Virus record (IMG/VR): IMGVR_UViG_3300045988_064709
Direction: 5' to 3' (one strand)
DNA from: a virus
DNA: 46,533 nt
Shown here: in pieces, positions 24,044 through 31,334 of the stretch
Numbering within the stretch: position 1 is the first letter of the stretch
Layout: every line of letters begins with the position of its first letter
Program-made: the position numbers and the translations under genes
The notes under the pieces: generated by a model
Databases searched by the model: none
What the model saw: only the letters and a program-made list of their open reading frames with translations
What the model was told of the DNA's origin: nothing

Positions 24044-25686
24044 TTAGTTTGAACGAACACCGTTCCCCACACAATGTAGGGTTCGGATATGCGCTCAATG
24101 GTACACTCAGACTCCCCAAAATCGAACCCTGTCGCTTCTTCGGCGGCGGGGTTCTTTTCTACCCGGAAAGTCTTGGTTTTGCAAGAGGTTAGGTTATATG
24201 CGGTAGTGATTTTATATCCGTCAGGTTCGTCCCACACTGTAACGGAATTGACGAGCAAATCAATGAGCCGCCTGCGGAAGTCTTCGTCTTCGATATTCCC
24301 GTATTTGAACTGGCTCAACCAGAATACGATCTGGTCACGGTCAATTCGGTAGACGAATTTTTCCTCAGCTTTAATCTCTTTGTTGAGGGTCTTCTTTTCA
24401 TGTTCGAGCTGGACAAGTCGGTTCATCAATGTTTCGGAAGCAATACCCTTTTCAATGGCAGCGGTGATATTTGTGATTGACTTTTCGACCTCCGATAACT
24501 GAGCGGTCAACTGCGGAATGTGTGTGTCGTTTATTAAATCCCGTTCACTCTGCCGGATTGCCATGTCTGCAATTTCATCAATAAGTTGATCGGTCAAAAG
24601 GTTGAGAGCATCACGGGCTACTATCCCTTCGATATAATCTTTTTTCAAAGGTCGCTTGTCACACCCAAGTTTTCTCTTTTTCGTGTAGCAGGAATAGTAG
24701 TGGTAGACCTTGCCATGTCTACCGGCTCCGCTTTCACCATTCATAGAAGCCCCACAATGACCGCAGAACAGCTTTCCAGACAAGAGGTAATCTACCTTAG
24801 CCTTACCCCTTGCTGGGGCTGTAGCGGTCTTAGAAAGCCGCCGCTGTACCGTTTCAAACAGCTCCTTATCAATGATGGCGGGAATACCATTTTCAATGAC
24901 AATATCCTTGTAGGTATAAGTGCCGATATAGCGAGTATTACGGAACATGGCCTTAAAGCTACTGCGGTTGAACTCCGTGTTTTTGGCGGTCTTATATCCG
25001 GCAGAGTTAAACTTTCGGCAAATGCCAGCGACACTTTCACCGTTGGCATAAAGAGAGAACGCTTCCTGAACGATGTGGGCGGTGTCGGGGGCAACGACCA
25101 GTTTGTGATTTTCCACCTTGTACCCAAGGGGGATATGACCGCCTACACTGTGGCACTTCAAGGCGGACTCACGCATACCTCTTGTGACCTTCTGCGACAG
25201 CTCGGCGGAGAAAAACTCAGCCATACCCTCTAACACAGATTCCAAAATGATACTCTCAGGGCTGTCGGTAAGGTGTTCTGTGGCGGAGAGGACTTTCACG
25301 CCGTTCTTCCGCAGACGCATTTTCATAATTGCGCTATCGTTGCGGTTACGAGCAAAACGGTCGAGCTTCCAGACGATGACATATTCCCAATTCTGTTTTG
25401 CGCTGTCTGCAATCATTTCCATGAGGTGAACCCGCTTTTCCACATCTTTGCGAGCGGTCGTTGCTCGGTCAACATAGATTGCTACAATGCGGTAGTGGTT
25501 TGCTTTACAGAAGGCACGGCAGTCACGAAGCTGCCCTTCAATGGATTGGTCACTTTGGCCTGTGGAGCTATACCGAAGATAGAGAGCAACATCTTGATCG
25601 CCGTTGTAAAGCGTATATGGGTCTTCCTGAAATTGAGAGATTTCTTCCTCTGTCAGACAGGAAAGGTCGATTGGAAATTTTTTCAT
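24025..25686 (-). CDS. Large serine recombinase (integrase)
   Basis: 553 aa. Contains VALYLRYSSTGQ (catalytic Ser), a recombinase domain, the zinc ribbon CGHCG...YYSCYTKKRKLGC, and a C-terminal coiled coil. Confidence 0.9.
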   Translation of the reverse strand: MKKFPIDLSCLTEEEISQFQEDPYTLYNGDQDVALYLRYSSTGQSDQSIEGQLRDCRAFCKANHYRIVAIYVDRATTARKDVEKRVHLMEMIADSAKQNWEYVIVWKLDRFARNRNDSAIMKMRLRKNGVKVLSATEHLTDSPESIILESVLEGMAEFFSAELSQKVTRGMRESALKCHSVGGHIPLGYKVENHKLVVAPDTAHIVQEAFSLYANGESVAGICRKFNSAGYKTAKNTEFNRSSFKAMFRNTRYIGTYTYKDIVIENGIPAIIDKELFETVQRRLSKTATAPARGKAKVDYLLSGKLFCGHCGASMNGESGAGRHGKVYHYYSCYTKKRKLGCDKRPLKKDYIEGIVARDALNLLTDQLIDEIADMAIRQSERDLINDTHIPQLTAQLSEVEKSITNITAAIEKGIASETLMNRLVQLEHEKKTLNKEIKAEEKFVYRIDRDQIVFWLSQFKYGNIEDEDFRRRLIDLLVNSVTVWDEPDGYKITTAYNLTSCKTKTFRVEKNPAAEEATGFDFGESECTIERISEPYIVWGTVFVQTKRHSLP

Positions 25687-26321
25687 GCAAATCTCCTTTT
25701 TAGCTCCATGACTCTACCGACAAAGCGCAATCGTCCAATTTCAACACCGCCGAAAACACGGGGAGGATAGTGTGGGTTAAAAGAGCGAAGGGTCACAGTA
25801 TCTTCATCAATGCTGATTTTCTTAACAAATCCTTCTTCGTCATCAACAATGACAACCATAAGAGTATCTGTTTCGGGAGGTGTATCCTTTTTAACCAGCA
25901 CTAAATCGTGATCGTCTAAGACTGGCGACATACTATCTCCGTCAACTTGTAACCAGAAACAATCATCACAGTCATATTCGGGGTCAACTTGTTCATACCC
26001 CAATGCTTCTTGCTGAGCGATGACACCTTTTCCTGCGGACGCATGACCGAAAATAGGTCGCTTGCAATTCTTTTCATAAGGTTCGGTGGTTAAACCAACA
26101 GAGGACAAGTGAAAGAGAGGGTCGTCAGTTTCACCTTTCAAATACTCAGCCGTTGTTCCAAGATTGATAGCGAGAGTTTTCAAGTCTTCATCTGAAATCA
26201 TGCGGTCAGGCTTTTTATCTACATCGTTCAAATAATATTTGGGGCGGTCGATAAGTTTGCAAATATAGGTGACGCTTTTCCCTTGTTGTTTGGCTAAATC
26301 TCTAATACGACTTGTGTTCAT
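25683..26321 (-). CDS. CI/LexA-like repressor (HTH plus S24 peptidase domain)
   Basis: N-terminal HTH (IRDLAKQQGKSVTYICKLI). C-terminal GDSMSP and VKK form the Ser-Lys dyad. GAAGGAGG RBS before the ATG at 26321. ATGA overlap with int. Confidence 0.85.
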   Translation of the reverse strand: MNTSRIRDLAKQQGKSVTYICKLIDRPKYYLNDVDKKPDRMISDEDLKTLAINLGTTAEYLKGETDDPLFHLSSVGLTTEPYEKNCKRPIFGHASAGKGVIAQQEALGYEQVDPEYDCDDCFWLQVDGDSMSPVLDDHDLVLVKKDTPPETDTLMVVIVDDEEGFVKKISIDEDTVTLRSFNPHYPPRVFGGVEIGRLRFVGRVMELKRRFA

Positions 26322-26339
26322 AAATACCTCCTTCAAAAA

Positions 26340-26359
26340 AATCCTACTTTTTTAGGATT
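26340..26359. promoter_or_regulatory. Operator-like inverted repeat AATCCTA-N6-TAGGATT
   Basis: Perfect 7-bp arms, immediately upstream of the -35 element of the rightward promoter. Confidence 0.6.
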
Positions 26360-26364
26360 TGCTA

Positions 26365-26393
26365 TTGACAATCCTACAAAGGTAGGATATACT
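26365..26393 (+). promoter_or_regulatory. Rightward early promoter (TTGACA, 17-nt spacer, TATACT)
   Basis: Near-consensus hexamers read directly from the sequence. Confidence 0.7.
26371..26388. promoter_or_regulatory. Operator-like inverted repeat ATCCTAC-N4-GTAGGAT
   Basis: Perfect 7-bp arms filling the spacer between the -35 and -10 elements of the rightward promoter. Confidence 0.65.
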
Positions 26394-26497
26394 TTGGATT
26401 GTGAACAAGAGATTTTGACAACAAAAACCCGACCCCCGAAAGGTTTTCTTTTTTTCGGCGGTTGCTGTGGTCAATGGTTTAATTGTCTGGCAAGTAA

Positions 26498-26526
26498 ATT
26501 GTACCATTACGCCCACTGGTTGTCAA
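26498..26526 (-). promoter_or_regulatory. Leftward promoter (TTGACA, 17-nt spacer, TACAAT) facing the rightward promoter
   Basis: The reverse complement of 26498..26526 reads TTGACA ACCAGTGGGCGTAATGG TACAAT. It would transcribe towards the repressor-integrase operon. Confidence 0.6.
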
Positions 26527-26563
26527 TAAATATTGTTCTCAATTCAAAGAAAGGAGAGGTTTT

Positions 26564-26782
26564 GTGAAAGAGCGTGAGAAAATTCGCTATCGCCTGAGCG
26601 TCAATCACCTGTCGTTTGCATGGTTGATTGATATGCTCCGAAAGCGGGGTATTGAAACGAACGGCCCTGTCCTGAGTGCAATTCTCGCAGGGACTCGTAA
26701 CGGCCCTTCTGTGGACAAAATCATCGCTGAGTCTATCGACATTCTGGACTGGTACGAGCGGCAGATCGGCGGTGTGTCATGA
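26564..26782 (+). CDS. Small early protein in the Cro position
   Basis: 72 aa. GTG start after AAAGGAGAGG. First gene of the rightward operon, with a possible HTH. Confidence 0.4.
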   Translation: MKEREKIRYRLSVNHLSFAWLIDMLRKRGIETNGPVLSAILAGTRNGPSVDKIIAESIDILDWYERQIGGVS

Positions 26783-26961
26783 GCGACAGTGTATTTGCCC
26801 CGGAAGTGCGAGGACAGGCCAAAGCGTTCAGCTCACTCCTTGCTCGATCTGTCCGAGAGTTTTTCAAGGACGAAGGGAACCGCAAGCAGTTCGAGAGCTG
26901 GTACGAGCAGAAGTACGGAACACCGTATCAATGGAAACCTATGGTTTGGAGGAACAGATAA
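26779..26961 (+). CDS. Hypothetical protein
   Basis: 60 aa. ATGA overlap with the previous gene. Confidence 0.4.
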   Translation: MSDSVFAPEVRGQAKAFSSLLARSVREFFKDEGNRKQFESWYEQKYGTPYQWKPMVWRNR

Positions 26962-27158
26962 TGAAAAAAGTATTTGGAGTATTGGCATTTCTCTCGTTTT
27001 TCTACCTGTTGGGTGTCGTTGGTGCGGTAGAGCAAGACACAATGGCTCTCGGCGCAGGCATTGTTCGCATGGGTATCGGCCTTGGCTGCTTCTGGCTGTT
27101 CTGTGAGCTGTCTGGTGCGTTTTATCCCGCCCCGCCGAGAAAAAGAAAGAGCCGCTGA
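26961..27158 (+). CDS. Small membrane protein (2 TM segments)
   Basis: 65 aa from the ATG at 26961: MKKVFGVLAFLSFFYLLGVVG...GIGLGCFWLFCEL. Confidence 0.45.
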   Translation: MKKVFGVLAFLSFFYLLGVVGAVEQDTMALGAGIVRMGIGLGCFWLFCELSGAFYPAPPRKRKSR

Positions 27159-27241
27159 CGGAACTGGTACTTCCATCAACGGCAAGCGTAAAAGCTCAAT
27201 CTGATTATATCAGAACCTATCATTTTGTAAAGGAGAACTTT

Positions 27242-28075
27242 ATGAATAGTACGATTGCAAAACTCGCTGACGAGTTCGAGAAGATGGAGAAAATCATCGC
27301 TTCTCAGAAGAAGATGATCGAAACCCTTATGCCTACGGGCTATGTTGATACCGATACCGTCAAACTTCACCTTAATTCTGTGTATGGTGTCATGTTCGGC
27401 GGTCGCCCCTCTCCGAAGCGCTGCAAGCTGGAAGACTGTTCTTGGGACGAGATCAATATGTATTCCTCCTTCGGCCTTGCCGACAAGATGTTCGAGGTCG
27501 GTGATACCAAGAAGTTCCGTCTGGCTGACGGCTCCTACCTGACTGCCCGTATCATCGGGTTCAACCATGACTACGCAAGAGACGGCAGTCTGGTTCATAT
27601 CACCTTTGAGACTGTGGAAACCCTTGACGGTGACATTCCTATGAATGAGAAGCCTACCAACGAGGGCGGCTGGGACGCTTCCTATCTCCGTGCCAAGCTC
27701 AACGGCAACTTCTTCGAGAAGCAGCTTCCCGCTGATTTGAAAGCGGTCATCAAGCCCGTGGTGAAGATGACCGCCAAGAGCAGCAAGAACGAAGTACGGG
27801 TTCCTTCCGTTGACAAGCTGTTCGTTCTTTCTGAGCAGGAGGTCTTCGGTCGCAAGATTTATTCCTGCGGTTATGAGGGTAAGTGGTACGAGTGGTACAA
27901 GCGAGAGAACACGCCCTATGGCAAGTGCAAGCAGAATGGTGAGAAGGATTGGAGATGGGAGCGTTCTCCTTGTTCCGGCGACACCAACTACTTCTGTAGG
28001 GTGAACTACAACGGCATCGCCAACGGTAACAACGCCAGCTACTCCTTTGGCGTGTCCTTCGGCTTCTGCATTTGA
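27242..28075 (+). CDS. DGR target 2, a paralogue of the C-terminal half of target 1
   Basis: 277 aa. Shares SWD, IIGF(D/N)HD, LF(L/V)LSE.EVFG and W.ERSP....GVSFGFC with 18042..19187. AAAGGAG RBS. Confidence 0.85.
   Translation: MNSTIAKLADEFEKMEKIIASQKKMIETLMPTGYVDTDTVKLHLNSVYGVMFGGRPSPKRCKLEDCSWDEINMYSSFGLADKMFEVGDTKKFRLADGSYLTARIIGFNHDYARDGSLVHITFETVETLDGDIPMNEKPTNEGGWDASYLRAKLNGNFFEKQLPADLKAVIKPVVKMTAKSSKNEVRVPSVDKLFVLSEQEVFGRKIYSCGYEGKWYEWYKRENTPYGKCKQNGEKDWRWERSPCSGDTNYFCRVNYNGIANGNNASYSFGVSFGFCI
27956..28069 (+). repeat. DGR variable repeat VR2
   Basis: Ungapped alignment to TR 19731..19844 shows 13 mismatches at TR adenines plus one T-to-G difference at 28000. Confidence 0.85.
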
Positions 28076-28093
28076 TCGGGTATCTCGTAAATC

Positions 28094-28111
28094 CCGCCCC
28101 GTCAGGGGCGG
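28094..28111 (+). promoter_or_regulatory. GC hairpin downstream of VR2, identical to the one after VR1
   Basis: CCGCCCC GTCA GGGGCGG within the identical 24-nt context. Confidence 0.75.
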
Positions 28112-28127
28112 TGAAAGGAGTGAAAAC

Positions 28128-28532
28128 ATGAATGTCAATCGTAAGGTTGGCACTGGCTTTGAAAGAGACTTATGCCTGAGCCTGTCGGGTTGTGGCTTTT
28201 GGGCGCACAATCTCACTCAGAACAGTCAAGGTCAGCCGTTCGATGTGATTGCGGCTCGAAACGGTATCAGCTATCCCATTGACTGTAAGGATTGTTCCAA
28301 GAACATTTTCAAGATGGAGCGTATCGAAGAAAACCAGTTTTCCGCTATGACGCTCTGGAAGGAAACCGGGAATGGAGAGGGCTGGTTTGCAATCAGGTTG
28401 ATAACTGGTGAAGTTCGATTTATCTCCTTCTCTACGCTTTTGGAATTGTCTGTTTTGCGAACCGTGCTGTCTGCCAACGATATTAGGCGATACGGTATCA
28501 CACTCGGAGAGTGGGTGTCCCAATGCAAGTGA
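28128..28532 (+). CDS. Holliday junction resolvase (Hjc/PD-(D/E)XK-like)
   Basis: 134 aa. The G.GFER....L...G, D+IA and DCK pattern is present. AAAGGAG RBS. Confidence 0.6.
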   Translation: MNVNRKVGTGFERDLCLSLSGCGFWAHNLTQNSQGQPFDVIAARNGISYPIDCKDCSKNIFKMERIEENQFSAMTLWKETGNGEGWFAIRLITGEVRFISFSTLLELSVLRTVLSANDIRRYGITLGEWVSQCK

Positions 28533-29923
28533 CTGTTGGCAATCAGCTTCGAATTGAAAATCCGTCTGAGCAGTTGCTTACATGGTGCAAGAAGCAACTT
28601 ATCCTTCCCAATCCTGAGTACGCCAAGAAAGTCCGTATGCACTTTTGGGTCGGCAACACCCCTGAGAAGTTGTATCTGTTTCAATGGGACGGTGACACAT
28701 TAGTTCTTCCCTATGGTTGTCTGAATGATGTGCTGGTGATGGACGATTGCAACATGAAGGTCAATCTTCCTACACCGACCGAGGTGGACTTCGGTTGCGC
28801 CATTCCGCTCTATGACTACCAAGTAGAAGCCAAGGAAGCACTGATAACTGCCTACTATGGTATTCTTCAAGCCCCTGCGGGGTGTGGTAAAACGCAGATC
28901 GGAATTGCTGTTGCGGCAGATACAGGTCGAAGGACACTCTGGCTGACCCATACACGGGATTTGCTCGTACAGAGTAAAAGCCGAGCGGAGCAGTACATGA
29001 GTCCTTCTCTGACTGGCACGATTACCGAAGGTAGGGTTCAAATCGGTAAGGCAATCACCTTCGCAACGGTGCAGACCATGTGCAACCTCAATCTGAGTCA
29101 ATACCGTGATGTTTGGGATTGTATCATCGTGGACGAGTGCCACCGTGTAGCCGGAACCCCGACCGCTATGACGCAGTTCTCAAAGGTGCTGAACGCTCTG
29201 GCAGCTCGGCACAAGTACGGCCTATCTGCTACGGTTCATCGAGCAGACGGTATGATTGCCGCCACCTACGCATTGCTGGGCGGGATTGCCTATCAAGTGC
29301 CGGAGGAAGCGGTGAAAGACAAGATCATGACCGTTAGCGTTCTCCCCCGTGCCACCCATCAAGGACTCAGCCGTGAGTTCTTGGACACGGACGGTACGAT
29401 CATCTATGCCAAGTTGGTCAATTTCCTCGCTGACCGTTATCCCCGAAACAATCTGATTGTCGCTGATCTTGTGGCAAACCGAGATCACTACAATCTCATT
29501 CTCTCTGACCGGCTGACGCATTTGGAAACTCTGATGAACAGGCTTCCGCCCGACCTGAGAAAACAGGCGGTCATGATTGATGGGAAGATGACCACGAAGA
29601 AAGCCAAAGCTCTCCGAGAGCAGGCCATTGAGGAAATGCGGCAGGGGCGCAAGCGGTATCTGTTCGCCACTTACTCTCTGGCGAAAGAGGGTCTGGATAT
29701 TCCTCGGCTCGACCGGCTGTACCTGACTACGCCGCAGAAAGACTACGCTGTAATAACTCAGAGCATTGGTCGTATCGCTCGTACTTTCGAGGGAAAGGGT
29801 GAACCCATCGCCTATGATTATGTGGACGATGGTATCCAGTATCTCGTGAGAAGTTACAAGAAGCGGTGTACCACCTACCGCAAGTGCGGTTGTAAATTCA
29901 TCGAACAGGAGGTGTCGAAGTGA
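28523..29923 (+). CDS. SF2 DEAD/DEAH-box helicase
   Basis: Motif I APAGCGKT, motif II VDECHR, motif III SAT, motif VI QSIGRIAR. Confidence 0.8.
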   Translation: MQVTVGNQLRIENPSEQLLTWCKKQLILPNPEYAKKVRMHFWVGNTPEKLYLFQWDGDTLVLPYGCLNDVLVMDDCNMKVNLPTPTEVDFGCAIPLYDYQVEAKEALITAYYGILQAPAGCGKTQIGIAVAADTGRRTLWLTHTRDLLVQSKSRAEQYMSPSLTGTITEGRVQIGKAITFATVQTMCNLNLSQYRDVWDCIIVDECHRVAGTPTAMTQFSKVLNALAARHKYGLSATVHRADGMIAATYALLGGIAYQVPEEAVKDKIMTVSVLPRATHQGLSREFLDTDGTIIYAKLVNFLADRYPRNNLIVADLVANRDHYNLILSDRLTHLETLMNRLPPDLRKQAVMIDGKMTTKKAKALREQAIEEMRQGRKRYLFATYSLAKEGLDIPRLDRLYLTTPQKDYAVITQSIGRIARTFEGKGEPIAYDYVDDGIQYLVRSYKKRCTTYRKCGCKFIEQEVSK

Positions 29924-30741
29924 AGTTAGGCAGTCTGTTTGATGGCAGCGGGACTTGTCCTCTTGCCGCTTCTGCGGTCGGTATTATTCCGGCATGGGCG
30001 AGTGAGATCGAGCCTTTCCCAAAAGCTGTCACACAGTCCCGTTTTCCCAAGATGGTTCACCTTGGCGATATTACCGAGATGAACGGCGCAGAAATTGAGC
30101 CGGTCGATGTTATCACCTTCGGCTCTCCGTGCCAAAACCTCTCGATTGCTGGGAATGGTAAGGGTCTTGCTGGTCAGGAGTCTTCTCTATTCTTTGAAGC
30201 AATCCGAGTTATTCAGGAAATGAGGTGTGCCACCAATGGGAGATTTCCTCAAATCGTCATTTGGGAAAATGTTTATGGAGCTTTTAGCTCGACACAGGGA
30301 GAAGACTTCCGAACAGTCATCGAAACTCTCTGGAAAATCTGCGAGGGAGACGATAGCGTTCCTCGATATGCGGAAGACAAGCAAGGACGGCAAAAATGGC
30401 CGCACACCGGATTTGTCTTGGGAGATCATTCCTCTATCGCTTGGAGAGGACTTGATGCACAAGGTTGGGGAGTTCCCCAAAGACGCAAGCGTGTCTTCGT
30501 TGTCCTCGATCTTGGAGGTCAATGTGCCGGACGGATACTATTTGAGCGTGAGGGCTTGCGAAGGGATTTTAAGAAGGTCGGGCGAACGGGGGAAACCGTT
30601 AGACCCACTTTTGAAACAAGCCCTGCTGAATACCATCGTGTTTATGCAGTCGAAAACCACGCTCAAGACAGCCGAGTGTCCCTCAGACCCGATAACACCG
30701 TCCAAACCCTCGCTGGACGAATGGGAACAGGGGGGGGGTAA
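29920..30741 (+). CDS. C5 methyltransferase N-terminal fragment (motifs I-VIII)
   Basis: LFDGSG (motif I), GSPCQNLS (IV), ENV (VI), QRRKRVF (VIII). It ends at a TAA directly after the G9 tract. Confidence 0.8.
   Translation: MKLGSLFDGSGTCPLAASAVGIIPAWASEIEPFPKAVTQSRFPKMVHLGDITEMNGAEIEPVDVITFGSPCQNLSIAGNGKGLAGQESSLFFEAIRVIQEMRCATNGRFPQIVIWENVYGAFSSTQGEDFRTVIETLWKICEGDDSVPRYAEDKQGRQKWPHTGFVLGDHSSIAWRGLDAQGWGVPQRRKRVFVVLDLGGQCAGRILFEREGLRRDFKKVGRTGETVRPTFETSPAEYHRVYAVENHAQDSRVSLRPDNTVQTLAGRMGTGGG
30730..30738 (+). repeat. Poly-G tract 1 (G9) followed by TAA
   Basis: Counted directly. A G8 tract would read GTGGGNVPLV in frame. Confidence 0.9.
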
Positions 30742-30841
30742 TGTCCCTTTAGTTCTTGTTCCATGCTTCGGACAGGCTTCCTATGATGAATATGCGCTCA
30801 CGGAACAAGCGGTTACGCTGAAAGCCACGGGCGGCAATTAT

Positions 30842-30851
30842 GGGGGGGGGG
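30842..30851 (+). repeat. Poly-G tract 2 (G10) followed by TAC
   Basis: Counted directly. G8 or G11 would read YGGGTETLVLEP in frame. Confidence 0.9.
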
Positions 30852-30908
30852 TACTGAGACATTGGTGTTAGAACCAATCGGAGCAGATTTTTATAATCAG
30901 GCTATTAC

Positions 30909-30916
30909 GGGGGGGG
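30909..30916 (+). repeat. Poly-G tract 3 (G8) followed by TAA
   Basis: Counted directly. The current length reads through as ITGGVTMTL. Confidence 0.9.
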
Positions 30917-31007
30917 TAACGATGACATTGGCTGCCGCCAGACCTGACCATCATCATCTTCCATGTGCGCTTATCCCGTACACCTTAAAAATCCGCTCTG
31001 GTTGTGA

Positions 31008-31015
31008 GGGGGGGG
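31008..31015 (+). repeat. Poly-G tract 4 (G8) followed by TAA
   Basis: Counted directly. A G9 tract would read CEGGGKGALIQEDKSATL in frame with the C-terminal fragment. Confidence 0.9.
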
Positions 31016-31025
31016 TAAGGGCGCT

Positions 31026-31334
31026 TTGATACAGGAAGATAAGAGTGCAACGCTCTCATGTAACAACGACCAGACTCTCTTTGTTCCCACACAGACCGAG
31101 AACGGTGAAGTCATTTATCTGGCTCGAAAGCTCACCCCTACTGAGTGTGCTTCCCTTCAAGGGTTCGAGAAAGATTGGTGTGCGCTGGTTCCTCACAAGG
31201 ACTCTGCGGAGTACAAGATGTGGGGAAATGGCATGGCTTTTCCCTGTATGCTCTACATCATGGAGGGTGTTCAGGAAGTCCTTGCCGAAAGGTATCTGGA
31301 TAATCTCTTTGGAGGTGATACCACTGAACCTTGA
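31026..31334 (+). CDS. C5 methyltransferase C-terminal fragment (motifs IX-X)
   Basis: RKLTPTECASLQGF (motif IX) and WGNGMAFP (motif X). It has no ATG of its own; the frame opens just inside G tract 4. Confidence 0.7.
   Translation: MIQEDKSATLSCNNDQTLFVPTQTENGEVIYLARKLTPTECASLQGFEKDWCALVPHKDSAEYKMWGNGMAFPCMLYIMEGVQEVLAERYLDNLFGGDTTEP

Larger units (their letters stand above)
29920..31334 (+). pseudogene. C5 DNA cytosine methyltransferase, frame-interrupted at poly-G tracts (either phase-variable or disrupted)
   Basis: Motifs I-VIII lie in 29920..30741 and motifs IX-X in 31026..31334. The variable region between them reads through only if G-tract lengths are changed. Confidence 0.75.

Noticed and set aside
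26401-26460. Possible small terminator (AAAACC..GGTTTT followed by a T run) between the two switch promoters.
   Set aside because: The stem is only 6 bp and AU-rich with a 12-nt loop, which is too weak to call from sequence alone.
30730-31015. The four G tracts forming an intramolecular G-quadruplex.
   Set aside because: The tracts are 50-100 nt apart, far beyond usual G4 loop lengths. Their position in Gly-Gly-Gly codons and their effect on reading frame is a sufficient and more direct explanation.
31045-31314. N-terminal 90 aa of the listed 707-aa ORF (MQRSHVTTTRLSLFPHRP...).
   Set aside because: This part overlaps the methyltransferase motif IX-X coding frame and has no polymerase features. 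The real polymerase begins near 31309..31315, just before the ExoI motif FDCEV.
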